In this document: positions 1 to 12,747 of the stretch, in pieces
Layout of the letters: every line of letters begins with the position of its first letter
Numbering within the stretch: position 1 is the first letter of the stretch
Source: Paecilomyces variotii
Lineage: Eukaryota
Length of the DNA: 64,000 nucleotides
Strand: one strand, 5' to 3'
Assembly: GCA_004022145.1 (NCBI GenBank)
Contig: RCNU01000001.1
Position numbers and translations under genes: made by a program
The notes under the pieces: model-generated
Database searches by the model: none
What the model was told of the DNA's origin: nothing
The model's input: only the letters and a program-made list of their open reading frames with translations

Positions 1-369
1 TTCGCAAATGCATTGGTTGAACATTATGGCTCGGAGACAAGCCCGGACGGGGCACGATGCGAGACGACGCCCGCCATGATGCGGAGGCGGCTCTGCGCAT
101 GATTGAATTATTAAAAGACTGCATGGTTCAATTGCGGCTTCGAGAACCAGCAAAAGCAAAAAAAAGAAACGAGCGAGCTGGAACAGGAAGCCAAGATGTA
201 TGTATGTATGGGTTATCAAATGTTCTTTTCGCGGACGCAGACGGAGCAAAGCAAAGGTTACTTACTTAGCTTGGCCCGTGCGGCCCGACGATCCTCCGCC
301 TCTGGATCATGTCATATCAGTACGTCGCTATCGAGAAGAGAGCATGTGTTGGGACAATTATCGCCCACG

Positions 370-1972
370 ATGTTCTACGAGGGGCCGCTGCAGGATGGCA
401 TCGAGCTTGCTGTCCGAGAGTCAAAGCTAGTCGTCTGTTTCGTTCGAGGTTCGCATTTCCTTATTCTATCTTGGATGACTCGTGTGCGTCGTCACTAATC
501 GATGTGGTCGTACAGATGATTCGCAAGAGAGCTCCGAATGGGAGAATGAGTATTTCGCAGATGAAGAGGTATGGTCCCTTGATTCGGTCATACATTCACG
601 ACGGACATGTTAAGCTAACAGTGAAGCAGATAACCCAATTATTGAAGGACAAGTCTGTGACTCTGCGACTGAAAGAAGGCACCCAGGAAGCTGGCTTCCT
701 GTCGTCTTTCTGCTCGATCAGCAAATACCCTACTGTGGTAGTCGTCAAGTATGTGGGACAGAAACTGGGATTATAGAGAAATCGGAGCTAATCGACGGTT
801 AGAAATGGCATGCTCAATGAATACATAGTGGCGGGGACGTCGAAGGATGCCTTCCGCAACCGCCTCAAGGCAGTCCTTGTAGGAAACCCTGAAACGGCAA
901 TATCCGCCCCTGCTTCGTCGGCACGCAGCGCTGGAGAGGATAATGCTGCCGCCGCCCAGCTACCATCAGCTCCATCCACTGCTGCTAGCGCTCCGCAGCC
1001 CGCGCAACCTGCGCAGTCTACACCACCTGCGCAGCCTGTAGCGCAGGAATCCAAGACGGAATCGAAACCCGAGAAGAAGGAAACGGAAACGGGACATATG
1101 GGGCCATCGAAGAGGCCCGGGCACAAAGTTTCGAATGAACAAGCAGAAAGCAGAGCACAACGGCATCGAGAGGAGCGGGAACGAGCGTCCAAGCAGGCCA
1201 AGCAGGATCAGGAGGAAGTCAAGCGCAAAGAAGCGCAATCAAAGCCCACCTCTTCGAGAACAATCAACGAAGCCGCCACACCGGCAGTAGAGCGCCCACA
1301 GCCTCGAGCACCAACACAGTACCGCCTACAGGTCCGTCTTTTCGACGGCAGCTCCGTGCGCTCTAGTTTCTCCCCAACCGATACTATCCGCGCCAATGTT
1401 CGTCCTTGGCTGGAAGAGAAGCGCACCGATGGCGATCGTCCTTACACGCTGAAGCACGTCCTAACCCCTCTTCCCAACCATACCATCTCCGTGTCCGAGG
1501 AGGAGCAAACGCTACAGGAACTTGGCCTTGGCCCGACTGCTAACCTCGTCATGGTCCCGGTACAGTCGTACACTGAGGCCTACGCCTCAGTAGCTAGCTT
1601 CCCAGTCAGAGGACTATATGCAGGCTACAACCTAGTATCTGGCGCGGTGGGCGCTGTAACCGGCACAATCGGTTCGATCTTGGGTTACGGCGGAAACCAA
1701 ACCGCTCCTGGCAGTGATTCCAACAACACATCTCCACCTCCATCTCAACGACCAGGAAATGGCGCTGCGAGACCGAGAAACGGTGTTGGTCTTAATGTCC
1801 GAACGTTGAGAGACCAAAGAGATGAGCGGCGCGATAATCAATTCTACAATGGAAATCAGGTATACCGAACCATAACCCACTGGAGCAATACCAAGGGATA
1901 ACATCACTGACTTTTTTTTTTTTAATGATATAGCTAAACTTTGAGCCCCGACGGGATAATGACCAACGATAA
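370..1972 (+). CDS. UBX domain protein (Ubx7/UBXN4-like Cdc48 adaptor; N-terminal thioredoxin-like/UAS region)
   Basis: Exons 370-448, 516-568, 630-748, 803-1859, 1934-1972 join in frame via GT..AG introns. UBX motif RLQVRLFDGSSVRSSF...LGLGPTANL; C-terminal YNGNQLNFEP typical of UBXN4-like proteins. Confidence 0.88.
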
Positions 1973-2505
1973 GCTCGTTCGTACGGGATGATATCTATTG
2001 CCTAAGATTGTCTTTCCGCCATTCAATGAAACTTTTGCCACACGGAGCGAGAAAGAGGACATTACCCTCTCCTTCCACCTGATACGGCAGAGGGCCGAAT
2101 TATTCTTTTTTTTTGGAGTGCTTCTTTTCCTTGTATATTAATTACCGGGGAGTTTGTTTCTATGGGATACGGGATACTGGAAGTGACAATTCGATATCAT
2201 TATTTCATTTTTTTTATTTGAGGCTTCTCTTTCTTTTCTTTGAATATCTCTGATTTAGGTCTGCTCGAGGAGGGCCACTAGAGGCACTCCAGGACGACTA
2301 TGTAAATGGCATACTCGCTGGATATGCACGTAGTTATTCGTACAAATAAGTTGTTGACATTAGCCATCTTTGGGTAGTCCAAAAAGACAGCCGGAGATTC
2401 TCTATCGTCTTCTTTTCCTTTCGATTAGATATAAACAACAGGAGAAGGGTTCAAGTTCAGTCCATCAGATAACGCCACGCCACATATATCTCGGAAAAAG
2501 AGAGC

Positions 2506-3234
2506 TTAGTACTGCTTAGCGGCAGCCTGGCAAGCCTTCTATAGAGGGAATTAGCAAATCCGTCTTCATTTCGCCACTGATAAAAGGTCCAAATGGATTC
2601 ATGATATTCAACGTACCAGCTGGTCCAAATACCAACCACAGATGCTCAGGTTACCCTGGTTGTCATCCATGCACTTGCGGAAGTTCTGGACGTCGGAGGC
2701 GCAGGCAGGGTTCTCCCATGCGTTGGTAGAGGCGGCGCTCTGGTACAGACCGTTGTCCATGGGCTGAGCCTGGGCGGGAGGAGCCTGCTGGGCTTCGGCG
2801 GGGGCGCTGGAGCCGCCAGAGAAGAAGCCACCGATGGCGTGGCCGATGGAAGAGCCGACGGCGACACCACTAAGGTTGAAAATATTAGTTTTTGTTTTTG
2901 TCTGATAAATCTTGTGGCACGGAAAGAGAGAAAGGGGGCATATGTATTCCTCCATGTCCCGATTCTCCGAGATATACATAGGGCTGTTTGAATCGAGTGG
3001 AGAGGCCACTTACGCAGCAGTCGAGGCCATCTGGCCGAAGAGACCGGGACCGGAGCTCTGCTGGACAACCGGGGGAGGAGGAGCCTGCTGAGCCTGAGGA
3101 GGGTGAGCGGTCGCAGAGGTCGAATGAGGCTGGTACTGCTGCTGCGCAGGAGCCGGTCTGGCGGCGGGAGCAGCAGTAGGTCTGGTAGGAGCGCTGCGCG
3201 CTGGGGTAGCGGCACCACGGCGTTGACGAGGCAT
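2506..3234 (-). CDS. MIX17: Mitochondrial intermembrane-space twin CX9C protein Mix17/Mic17 (CHCHD2-like)
   Basis: Exons 3234-3014, 2869-2617, 2538-2506. MPRQRR start, PGLFGQMASTAAGVAVGSSIGH motif, C-x9-C...C-x9-C (CASDVQNFRKC, CGWYLDQLKAC). Confidence 0.93.
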
Positions 3235-4049
3235 GTTGAATCGGTTGTGAGAGGTGGTTGTGGAAGGGGATCGAGATGGAGAGACTGAGGTGGACAATCG
3301 AAGGACGAACGGAGTAAAGGATAACAAGCAATTCTTATAATTAGAAGGCAAAGAAAGAAGCTCAAAGTCCGAGGCGCTGGAAACTCCGCTTAGTCCCGCG
3401 GATGCAATTCGGGCCGGACATTGTTCCGGCCGCCAGCGCGGGTGCTGACTACGGCAGCCCTGATTGGCTGGAGGTCTTTCTACTATCTGTGGCTGAGCTG
3501 GACTACGGGCATTCTAGAATAATATCTTAAGTACCGATACGAGGGAATCAAGTCTAGTCTCATTCATTGACTGCTATTTCGATCGAGCTTTGCTGTTGAA
3601 ACAGTAGTCATCAGACGCGGTGGCGGACCTTCGAGATAGCTCGAAGGTTGACTCATGGCACAACGCGGACCCAGCTTGCATCTCTCTCGGGCAAATCATG
3701 GCTGACAACCCTTAGCACGAGGCCAATCCTCTGTTGGCCCCATCTGAGCGACACGACATTGCAGAGTTGATTTGACCTGCTCAGCCCGAGGCGTCGAGTT
3801 TGCCATGAGGGACCGCGTGGGAATGAACTGGTCAAAATGACCGCTTCCAGATGCCTTCCCACTTGTCCTGAATAAAGACGAGGGGAACATCGAGTAAACA
3901 GTGCGGACTATCCGGTAGCAAGTCTTCCCTTCTAGACGGTGAAGACGTTCGACGTCACGCTCCATGGTGACATCTGGTATTCAGGAGAAAGGCGATCTGG
4001 GCATGGTCCAGGACATCCACAATCTTAGTCCGTAGCGACCACGCGTCGA

Positions 4050-4907
4050 TCATCCCTTCTGCGCTGCCGTTCTCCGGGCTTTCCGCTTCTCATTCTTCTT
4101 CCGCCGTCGCTCCTTTTGAGCCTCTCGGCGCTCCTCCTTATCCTGTTGTTTCTTTGGCTTGGCTGCCTTTCCCTTTCCAGACTTTCCGTCACTACTTGTC
4201 GCGCCCTTGGTAGATTTCTGCGGTTGTGCAGGCTCAGCCGGTTCCAAACCTTCAATGACATCCTCATCATCGTCAAGGTCGTCTTTGTCAGAGTTGGATT
4301 CGGAGCTGCTCGAGTCCTCTTCTGCCTCATCCGATGGCTTCTTATCAGCGGACGCGCTCTTCTTGGCCAGTAGCTTAGCCTTGAGTTGCGCGAGTGCCTT
4401 CTCTTTGGCTTCTCTTTCGGCGCGTTCCAGATCGTATTTGTCGTTTCCGGCCTGTGCCAAGTTAGCGAGTGTCGCGTAAAACAGGAAGAGAGAGATAAAG
4501 ACTCACCAAACCATGCTTGATAAAACGCCCGGCGGCCTGCTTGTCAAGAGTCATGGTGCGCTCTTCCGGCTCCGTCTCCAGCGCCTTGATCTTCTCGAAA
4601 TACTGTTTTACTCTGGTCAGTTCGCGGAACACTGGGTGCTCCTTAGCATTGACTCCATGAAGACGTAAGTAAGCTGTAGTAAAGTTAGTACGCGACCTTC
4701 TTCTCAACAGCGGCCGACAGACGTACAGAAAATCAATGATTCGAGCGTGTAGGTGATCAGCACATGGAGTTTGGCCCGGTCCATGACAGGCAACTTCCTG
4801 GAGGTGTCGGCCAACGGACGCTTGAGGAGAGGTTGGAGGACCTCCTCCAGGTCGTCAACATTTTCCTCGAGTCGGTCGAGCAGCGGGATTAAATCAGCGG
4901 ACTCCAT
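4050..4907 (-). CDS. LRP1: Nuclear exosome cofactor Rrp47/Lrp1 (Sas10/Utp3/C1D family)
   Basis: Exons 4907-4727, 4673-4507, 4451-4050 in frame. DRAKLHVLITYTLESLIFSYLRLHG..EHPVFRELTRVKQYFEKI and AAGRFIKHGL motifs; basic C-terminal tail. Confidence 0.88.
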
Positions 4908-5361
4908 GCTGGGCTGGTTGCAGGCGCGAGGAAAATGATGAAGTTGCGAAGCGTGACAATCTTTCTGCTTGTCGATCTTTTTGCGGGCGGTGAGTGAGCA
5001 TGGCGAATCAGTGCTGGTAATTCTTCTGGTATCGTATCCGGTATCCAAATTACGTATCGCCGAGCTTCGACATCATCTTTCCAACAAGCTGATGCGATAG
5101 AGCTCGGGAGCTACTAACGGTCCATCTCAAGCCCCTCAGAGCATTGGCAGGATTACAGGGAGCTCTCTCAGAGAAGCTCATAATCACTACATAATGCAAA
5201 CTTAAGTTCGTCATTGCTCACCGTCAAGCTTCCGGCTGCATTGCTCGATCACTGAACCTCTTTCCCTGGGATCCTTCCTCACCACCGTCCAAAGTGTCTC
5301 ACACACGGTTCGGCCGTCCGCTATTGCGGATTGGACTGATATTCACGCCAGAGCGTGAGAC

Positions 5362-6676
5362 ATGTACCTTCCGCAGCTTTAGACTTGGCTGCTGGGCCGC
5401 CAGTCGATCCATATCCAGTGGCCCAGTGCGCAAATCATGGATGCAAGATGTGGACGAGATAGCACGAGAAACAGAGAAGCGGCGGCTGTCCGGACGAATA
5501 CATATCATTGGAATGGGAAACATCGGTACATTTGTCGCACATTCCCTAGCACGAGGAACATCGCCGCCCCCGATCACACTGCTATTGCATAACACAGATT
5601 TCTACCGGCTGTGGTTGGAAATGAAAGGATGCTTATCGGTCAGCTCCAATGGTTTGGACGATATTCGAACGGGTTTTGATATCAACGTCCTTCACGACGA
5701 TACGTGGTACTCGCTCCCGTACTGGGACGAGTCTCGACCACGAGAGCTTCCGAGCAACAGTGACACGGCTTCAGAGAAGGAGATCGAAGAACAAATCACC
5801 CAGTCTGCGCAAGATGACGAGAAGATCGAATGTCTGATCGTGACAGTCAAGGCTCCTCAGACAGTCAAGGCTCTGAAGTCTGTCAGCCACCGCTTGACGC
5901 CAGAGTCAACCGTATTATTCCTTCAGAACGGCATGGGAATAATCGACGAGGTCAACGAGAAAGTCTTTCCGCATCCGTACGAACGGCCTAATTACATGCT
6001 GGGCATCATCTCCCACGGACTCTTCCGCCAGGTGCCTTTCAAAGTCGCCCATGCTGGGATCGGGACCACCATCCTCAGTCCAGTCCCCTCCCGCGCGCTC
6101 ACCGCAGCGGAGAAGCAAGGTCATGATTGGGCTCCGTCGACGAAATATCTCCTCCGTACACTCACCTTGACTCCGCCTCTGGTCGCTGTGGCTGAGACTC
6201 CCACCGCGCTCTTGCAATATCAGCTCGAGAAGCTTGCCATGAATGCGGTAATCAATCCGCTCACTGTCCTCATGGACTGCGAGAATGGCGAACTCCTCTA
6301 CAACTATGCTATCACACGTGCTATGCGTTTGTTACTTATCGAGATTTCAACTGTCATCTGCAGTCTACCCGAGCTGCAAGGAGTACCAGGCGTTCAGAAC
6401 AGGTTCGCTCCTGACCGTCTGCGGCATATGGCTGTGCAACTGGCGCAGAAAACAGCCAAGAACACAAGCTCGATGTTGCAGGACGTACGAAGGGGCCAGG
6501 AGACTGAGATCGAGTACATCAATGGATATATCATCCGGCGCGGAGAGGAGTTAGGCATCAAGTGTGCGGTGAATTATATGATCAAGCAGCTGGTCATTGC
6601 GAAGAACGATATTGATAATCTGCGACAGGCGGGCGCCGTTCCGTTTGATCTTTCGGGGTTGGAGAACGAGGATTGA
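5362..6676 (+). CDS. 2-dehydropantoate 2-reductase (ApbA/PanE) family protein, Pan5/Cbs2-like; start uncertain (first in-frame ATG 5441; see findings)
   Basis: Rossmann IHIIGMGNIG, LIVTVKA, LFLQNGMG, catalytic EKLAMNAVINPL, SSMLQD and TEIEYING motifs; stop at 6676. Confidence 0.88.
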
Positions 6677-6909
6677 ATAGTTTTTCTAATCTCCATTGGT
6701 CAGGCTCCCTTTCTAGTTTGATATCTTGTATATACATACATGATCATTTTTCTTCATGTTCGGTTAGAAATACACAGTCAACAGATGGTATACCTTACCT
6801 TACTCTTTTCTGTGCTACCTCCCATCTATCTATATTTCCTTTCCAACCTGGAAATAATCTGACGCCAACCATCCACCAAAAAGAAACAAAAGGAAAAAAA
6901 AAAAAGCCC

Positions 6910-8568
6910 CTACCTCATACTCTCCAACGCACTCTCACACAACCCCCTAATCTGCCTCCATCTCCCCAACACCACATCCAACTTCTCTCTGTCTTCCTTA
7001 ATTTCTCCCTCCTTCTTCTCATTTTCAATGCTTCTCTCCAAAATCCCAATCGTCTCCTCAGCCTCTTTCCGATACCGTCCTATCCACGCCCTGACCACCG
7101 TACTCGTCTTCTTGGGACTCACTCCCCGCGTCGACTGGCCCTGGACATAGCTCCGCCAGTCCTTTGCGGGAAGGTACTTCAGACAGGCAGCGACTTCGGT
7201 TCGGAAACATGGGCCGGTGGGTGTTAGTTGGTAGTTGCTGTTTGGGAGAGGGGTTTATGTTAGTAATAAATCTAGTTCCTTTAAATTGATGCCAAAGGGT
7301 GGGGAGGGGTTGCGGAAGGGAATCACGAACCCATAATACTGATGAAGTTTCAACTGTTCGATACTTGATGCGTTGAGGTCTCTGAAAATGATGTCGTCGA
7401 GATATATAGCGTCAGAGTTGTTGGTGGGGAGATAGAAGCCGTCTATTATTTTTCATGTTAGTTAATCATCAGACTGAGATGAAATGTAGGTTTGGTTTGG
7501 TTTAATGGGCTTACATTCTGTTAGGAGAAAGTCATTTGGATGAGGACCGTAGCTCATGTATATTTCTTCTCCTTTGTCTGTATTATCCGGTCTTGACTTA
7601 GTTTTGTTCCTGGATGATGATGATGAAGAAGAAGTCTAGAGTTGAATGATTACGTACCATAATGTTTTGTAGCTCTGAATGTGTACGCCTCGCCATCGAA
7701 TACAACATCACACTTCCCAGAAACATCAGAAATGAATTAAAAACAAAGGAGAGAAAGAGAACAACTCACCGCCTCATCCGAATGATTAAAATAATCCGCA
7801 AAAGGCACCAACGCCATAGCATCATTATTATCTTCCGGCGGATCCTCATCCGGCATAAGATAGTAAAAACTCCTCGTATTGACAATGAGCCAGAAATACA
7901 AGTATGTTTCCCGATCCGTATCTGGAAAGACGGCACGCACACTATCCCATGCATCTTGGAACCTTTTCTCCATTTCCGGGAGGAGGTTCTGATGATTCGT
8001 CTTGTACGGTTCGTCTAGGGTTTTCTTGCGGATTGTGTTCCATTGGCCTGAAATAGAGGGTGGTAGGAGCACTTCTGGGGTTGGGGATAGCGTGTTAGCG
8101 GATGGGGAGCGTAGATGCTCTGGCCAGAGTAGGGGCATGCTATCTGCAAAGTCCTGTCGGGTGGGCCAGACGGCTTGCCAAAGGGTGTATTTCTCTAGGA
8201 GGTTGGGGTCTCCGTGTGTGAGAAAGGCAGCGAGGAGGCCATGGACGGAGATGCCGTCGAGGAATTTGTTGACGAATGATGGAGGGATGGAGTCAATGGT
8301 ATACATAGCCTTTAGGGGGACTTGGACCATGATTTCTCCCTCCTTTTTACGTTCGAATCGGGGGAGTATGTTAGCGTTGGCGTTCAAAAATCAAAGAATG
8401 GATTGGGATTGATTGAGAGATTTAAGTATTGCGTACTTCGATATCTCTGGTGGCTATCATCCCCAGGCCTCGTCCGGGAAATCGAGCTGGTGCCACGCCG
8501 TTGATTTTGGCTCCTTGGGATATAACCCATTCTGTGAACGCAAGGTGATTGTCCCCTGGAGCTGACAT
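6910..8568 (-). CDS. SET-domain protein lysine methyltransferase (Rkm2/Set11-like, probably non-histone)
   Basis: Six exons 8568-8437, 8342-7770, 7712-7658, 7577-7515, 7442-7331, 7237-6910 all join in frame. GRGLGMIA, WLIVNTRSF, LVPFADYFNH and GEEIYMSYG..NDFLLTEYGF motifs. Confidence 0.88.
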
Positions 8569-9115
8569 GTTTCCAGCTGGCTTGTAGGCTTCTTAATGGG
8601 CCAATTATGCCTTCAAACTGCGGGATCTAATTCGTGTCTCTGCTTAGCACGATGTTTCGTACTGCAGTCAGAACATGTGCTGATGATATCCAACTCTTCT
8701 CGTCTTAAAAGGAGCTTAAATTGTATATGAGATCCACTTTCCGCGAATCTATAGATGACCAAAATTGGATGAAATAATTGATATAATAAAATGTAAAAGG
8801 TATTCTTTCTACTTGACCGACAGACATTAGGTAAGCAGCGTAGTTCACTAACTAGTTAACTAGTCAACTTCACTAACTTGAATGAGTATCATCCATCTAC
8901 CTCCAGGGCTGGGCATAGTTATGCATACTTGACTCTGTGTGCCCATAAAGACCGCCTACGCAACAGAGCTTCCTACTGGATTTAGTTAAGTACTCCAAGC
9001 TCCGGAGCCCCAGAGCTTCCGCGACAGACCATCCACTCCGCCTGGACGTACTTCTACATCCACCGCATTATTCTCCCAAAGCCATGCTCAGCATTGGCAC
9101 CGGGATACATTCGCA

Positions 9116-10070
9116 ATGCCGGTGCTACTAAGGCACGTCCCGCTCCGGGCATTGACCGCCTCGACTCCTTCAATTGCAGCTCCTATCGCCCTCCGATCGT
9201 TTTCCGTCCTCAACCGTCCGCCGCCCAACTATCCGGGTCATGTCCCGTTGACGTTCGTTGAGCGGAGCGCTCTCGCGGTCGGTTCGGCCGTGGGATCATT
9301 GCTGAACCCATATCGAGGAGGTATTAACTATGCTAGCTTTATCTATTCATCAATTGAAAGTCCGAACTGAATAAAATGGCTGATTCCACTCCACTACTCT
9401 ATCTACAGACCTGATCGCAGCCCTAGGCGAAGCCACCGCAACACCCTACTTCATCTACCGTCTCCGCGACGCCATGCTCTCGAACCCAACCGGACGACGC
9501 ATCCTCCGTGACCGTCCGCGCCTCACCTCCGAAACCCTTTCTCTTGCCCACCTCCGCACCCTACCCGAGAACACCGTCGGCCGGACCTACGCCGCGTGGC
9601 TGGATCGCGAGGGCGTCTCGCCAGACACCCGCAGCAGCGTACAGTACATCGATGACGAAGAATGCGCATACGTCATGCAGCGATATCGCGAGAGTCATGA
9701 CTTCTACCACGCCGTCACGGGTCTACCGACTATGGTGGAGGGCGAGTTGGCGCTGAAGGCGTTCGAGTTCCTCAATACTCTCATCCCGATGACCGGGTTA
9801 AGTCTGTTTGCGCTGATGCGGCTGAAGCCTGCAGAGCGGGAGAGGTTCTTCGCGCTGCATTTGCCGTGGGCGGTGCGGAGTGGATTGGCGAGTGAGGAGC
9901 TCATCAATGTGTATTGGGAAGAGGTGCTGGAGAAGGATGTGGATGAGTTGCGGGCGGAACTGAATATCGAGAAGCCGCCGGATCTGAGGCAGATTCGGAA
10001 GATGATGCGACAGCAGCAGAAGAGGGAGAAGGAGATGCAGGAAAAGAAGAAGGCTGCGGGATGGAGTTGA
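9116..10070 (+). CDS. COQ4: Ubiquinone biosynthesis protein Coq4, mitochondrial
   Basis: Exons 9116-9320 and 9409-10070. Presequence-like N-terminus; [30 protein letters not shown] (HDxxH-x11-E) motif. Confidence 0.96.
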
Positions 10071-10388
10071 GGGACTGGTTCCTTGTAGGAAGAGGGATTG
10101 TAACATTTTATACATTATAACGGATTAAGAAATGAACTAGTACTGTTTTTTGTTGGTTCATTATTTCTTTTGTTTCCCTTTTTTTCTTTAGCCTCGTGAA
10201 TGCAACAATCCGTACAGCGGAGAAATCCCTCGTGGGTCAAAAAAAAATATAATATAGAAGAATATAGAGCACATACATAAAACGGACGCTAGAGTAAAAT
10301 TTTTGATCATCATCCATAGCATGAATAGCCCTCCATAGAACTCAACCCTCCAGTCGAAATCACAAATAGCAAATCTGCAAGCCGGCGC

Positions 10389-11050
10389 TCACAAATCCAA
10401 CAGATCGTCGTCATCATCCCAACCGCCCTTCCGACGATTAATCACAATCTTCTGTTCCTCTTCACGCTGGTTCTCCGCGACCGCATTCAGAAGTTCCTTG
10501 AGCTGGTCTTCGGTGACTTTCTGCCGTAGCTGGCCGGTCTGGGCGAGCATGATGAGTCGATTTTCGACGTCGGTGGCGCGCGATTCCTTGACGAGGCGGA
10601 TTCGACCGAGCCGGTCGGCAGCGGCGGGTTCGAGGATCTGGTTTAGGATGGCGGCGCGACGTTCTGGTAGTGGTGGTTAGAGTGGTGGATGTTGAGAGAA
10701 AGGGATATGTAGGGAGGTGGAGGGGATGTTGAAGGGAGAATAGGTAGGTAGGTACCTTCGGCGGCTTGTCTGTTGGAGAGTGTCGGGGTTAGCTCCTTGC
10801 TATCTTGTTATAGTAATCCCGAATCAAGAGAATAATGGACGAGGACAGTTTATTCAGCCTGAAAGAGGGCAAACTCACTGTCTCTGCTCATCTTGACCGG
10901 ATCCTCCAGCTGGACTTCCTCGTGCACCGGCCTGCTGTTGCAGCTGCGCCAGACGGGCTCTTCTGATCTATACCAAATTCCAAACCGTTAATCACCGCTA
11001 GCGCGATCGAAGGGAGGAGAACTCACCTCCTCAAGCTCAGCGTCCGCCAT
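10389..11050 (-). CDS. PDCD5: PDCD5/Sdd2 dsDNA-binding family protein
   Basis: Exons 11050-11027, 10967-10879, a 14-nt microexon 10769-10756, and a last exon ~10663-10389. MADAELEEIRRARLAQL...ILNQILEPAAADRLGRIRLVKESRA..VENRLI..KVTEDQLKELL..RRKGGWDDDDDLLDL. Not represented in the ORF track. Confidence 0.92.
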
Positions 11051-12747
11051 TGTTGGCTAATTTTCTCCAGATCGCGTGGTCTTGTTCGATGACTTTTGGC
11101 GTTCGAAGTATTAACTAGTGTGCGGAGTACCAAGTCCGGATTCTCTAGGAACTGGTTGACCGTGTATATCACCTGATCCTTGCTGCAAGGAAATCTAGGA
11201 TATTGAGAAAAAGAATCACAGAACAAGAAGATACCTATAGCGATCAATGTAGTACTCTACAGTCTACAGACACCATCGGCCAATTTTACCCAAAAAGACG
11301 GTTTCCCCCACTTGGCAGCCTGAGGCGACAATGGCTCTCAATGTGCGGGGCGACAGTCCGACGCCTTGACCACCGCTCAAGACGGCAGTTGACCTGTGCC
11401 CGAGAACGATGGGATCTGATCTTTCAGGGGTACGCGACTTAGTCTGCGCATGGGCAGTGTTTCTAAGAATATTCCAAGGAAAAAAAAATACTAACAGTTA
11501 TACTCGTAATAATATGCTAGTTGCTAGTGACACGGGGAGAAACAGGTAAATCGTACAGTAGTTTCAAGACCAACGATGATCCTCTGGCATGGCGTCAGCG
11601 AATGCTACGCGTCGATCCTCCTGGCTTCATCAGCTGCGCGGTATACGAGCCATTGCGGCCCAGTAGTAACGAGCATTGGTTGCCCTGGTGTTACTCTGCG
11701 ACTTTGTGACGATCTTAGATAGTAGTGTATCTAGAGCAGAAGCAGCTCTCAGAAGAGGTAGTAGTGTGTATCCCTTCCTGGTCGATGGTTTCCATACGCA
11801 TCGAGAAGCTTGGCTTCTACCGCGCCGGGCTTTGAGCACACCAGAGAAGCTGGGACGATCAAGTTTCCTGATAACTCACCGGCACTATCCGTCGACTTGT
11901 TTCGAGTTCTGTCTAAGATTAGCAGCGTGAAGAAACTGCCGGAGAGAGTCCTTGCATGATCCAAAGCTGGGCGCGGCCGTTATGAAGCCTAATCTGCGTC
12001 AGCCACCCGCGAGAGGAATGTGACGACACGTGGGATGAGATCACCATTGATGAATATACTGTTTGCGACGGAATCTCGAGGATGAATTGATTCTTATGGT
12101 ACTCTGATTATTATTATTATTATCTATCTGGTAATCCAAGAATCCAATTAATCCAATTAATTAATTGATCAATTCTGCCGTCCTCTTACGTCGATGGCTC
12201 TCCACCCCGGGCATCATGTGACCTCCCAGGGCGGCAAGCGGGCCAACCGGATCCCGATCTGGCCAGGAAAGAACGAGCTGCCAGCAAAAGGCAACCGCCA
12301 AAGTCACCGAGGCCATCTCCTCACTTCATCACGATCCTTACTCTTACTTCCTCTCTCTCTCCCCTCTCTCTCTCTGTCATCTCCCTGTTCCCCTCACCCA
12401 CCAGAACGAGAGGTCGACGGCTGAACGGCTCCATTGACGCTGGAAGTTCACCCTCTCTCTCCGTCGAGGTATCTGTCTTTCATTCTGCCTATCTCGCCTA
12501 TCTGCGAATGCGTCTCATTCGCTGTGATCTGTGACCTCAACGCCAACACCCGTTCGCGGGTACGACGCACATGGCCTCTTCCTTCTGACCCAATGCACCA
12601 ACCGCCTTGTTCTGTGAGGTTTACCAGTTGACGGGTCTCGCTTGACCACCGTGACGACTCCTCGACCCCAATTGCGTGATATACGCCCGCAGACGCAGCT
12701 CAGTAGAACGGTTGCTTCCACCGCGGACGACGGTTGTCCCCCCCATC

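Noticed and set aside
1..300. Possible minus-strand gene start at the left edge
   Set aside because: Only a few codons are visible and no motif is recognisable; not supportable from this window.
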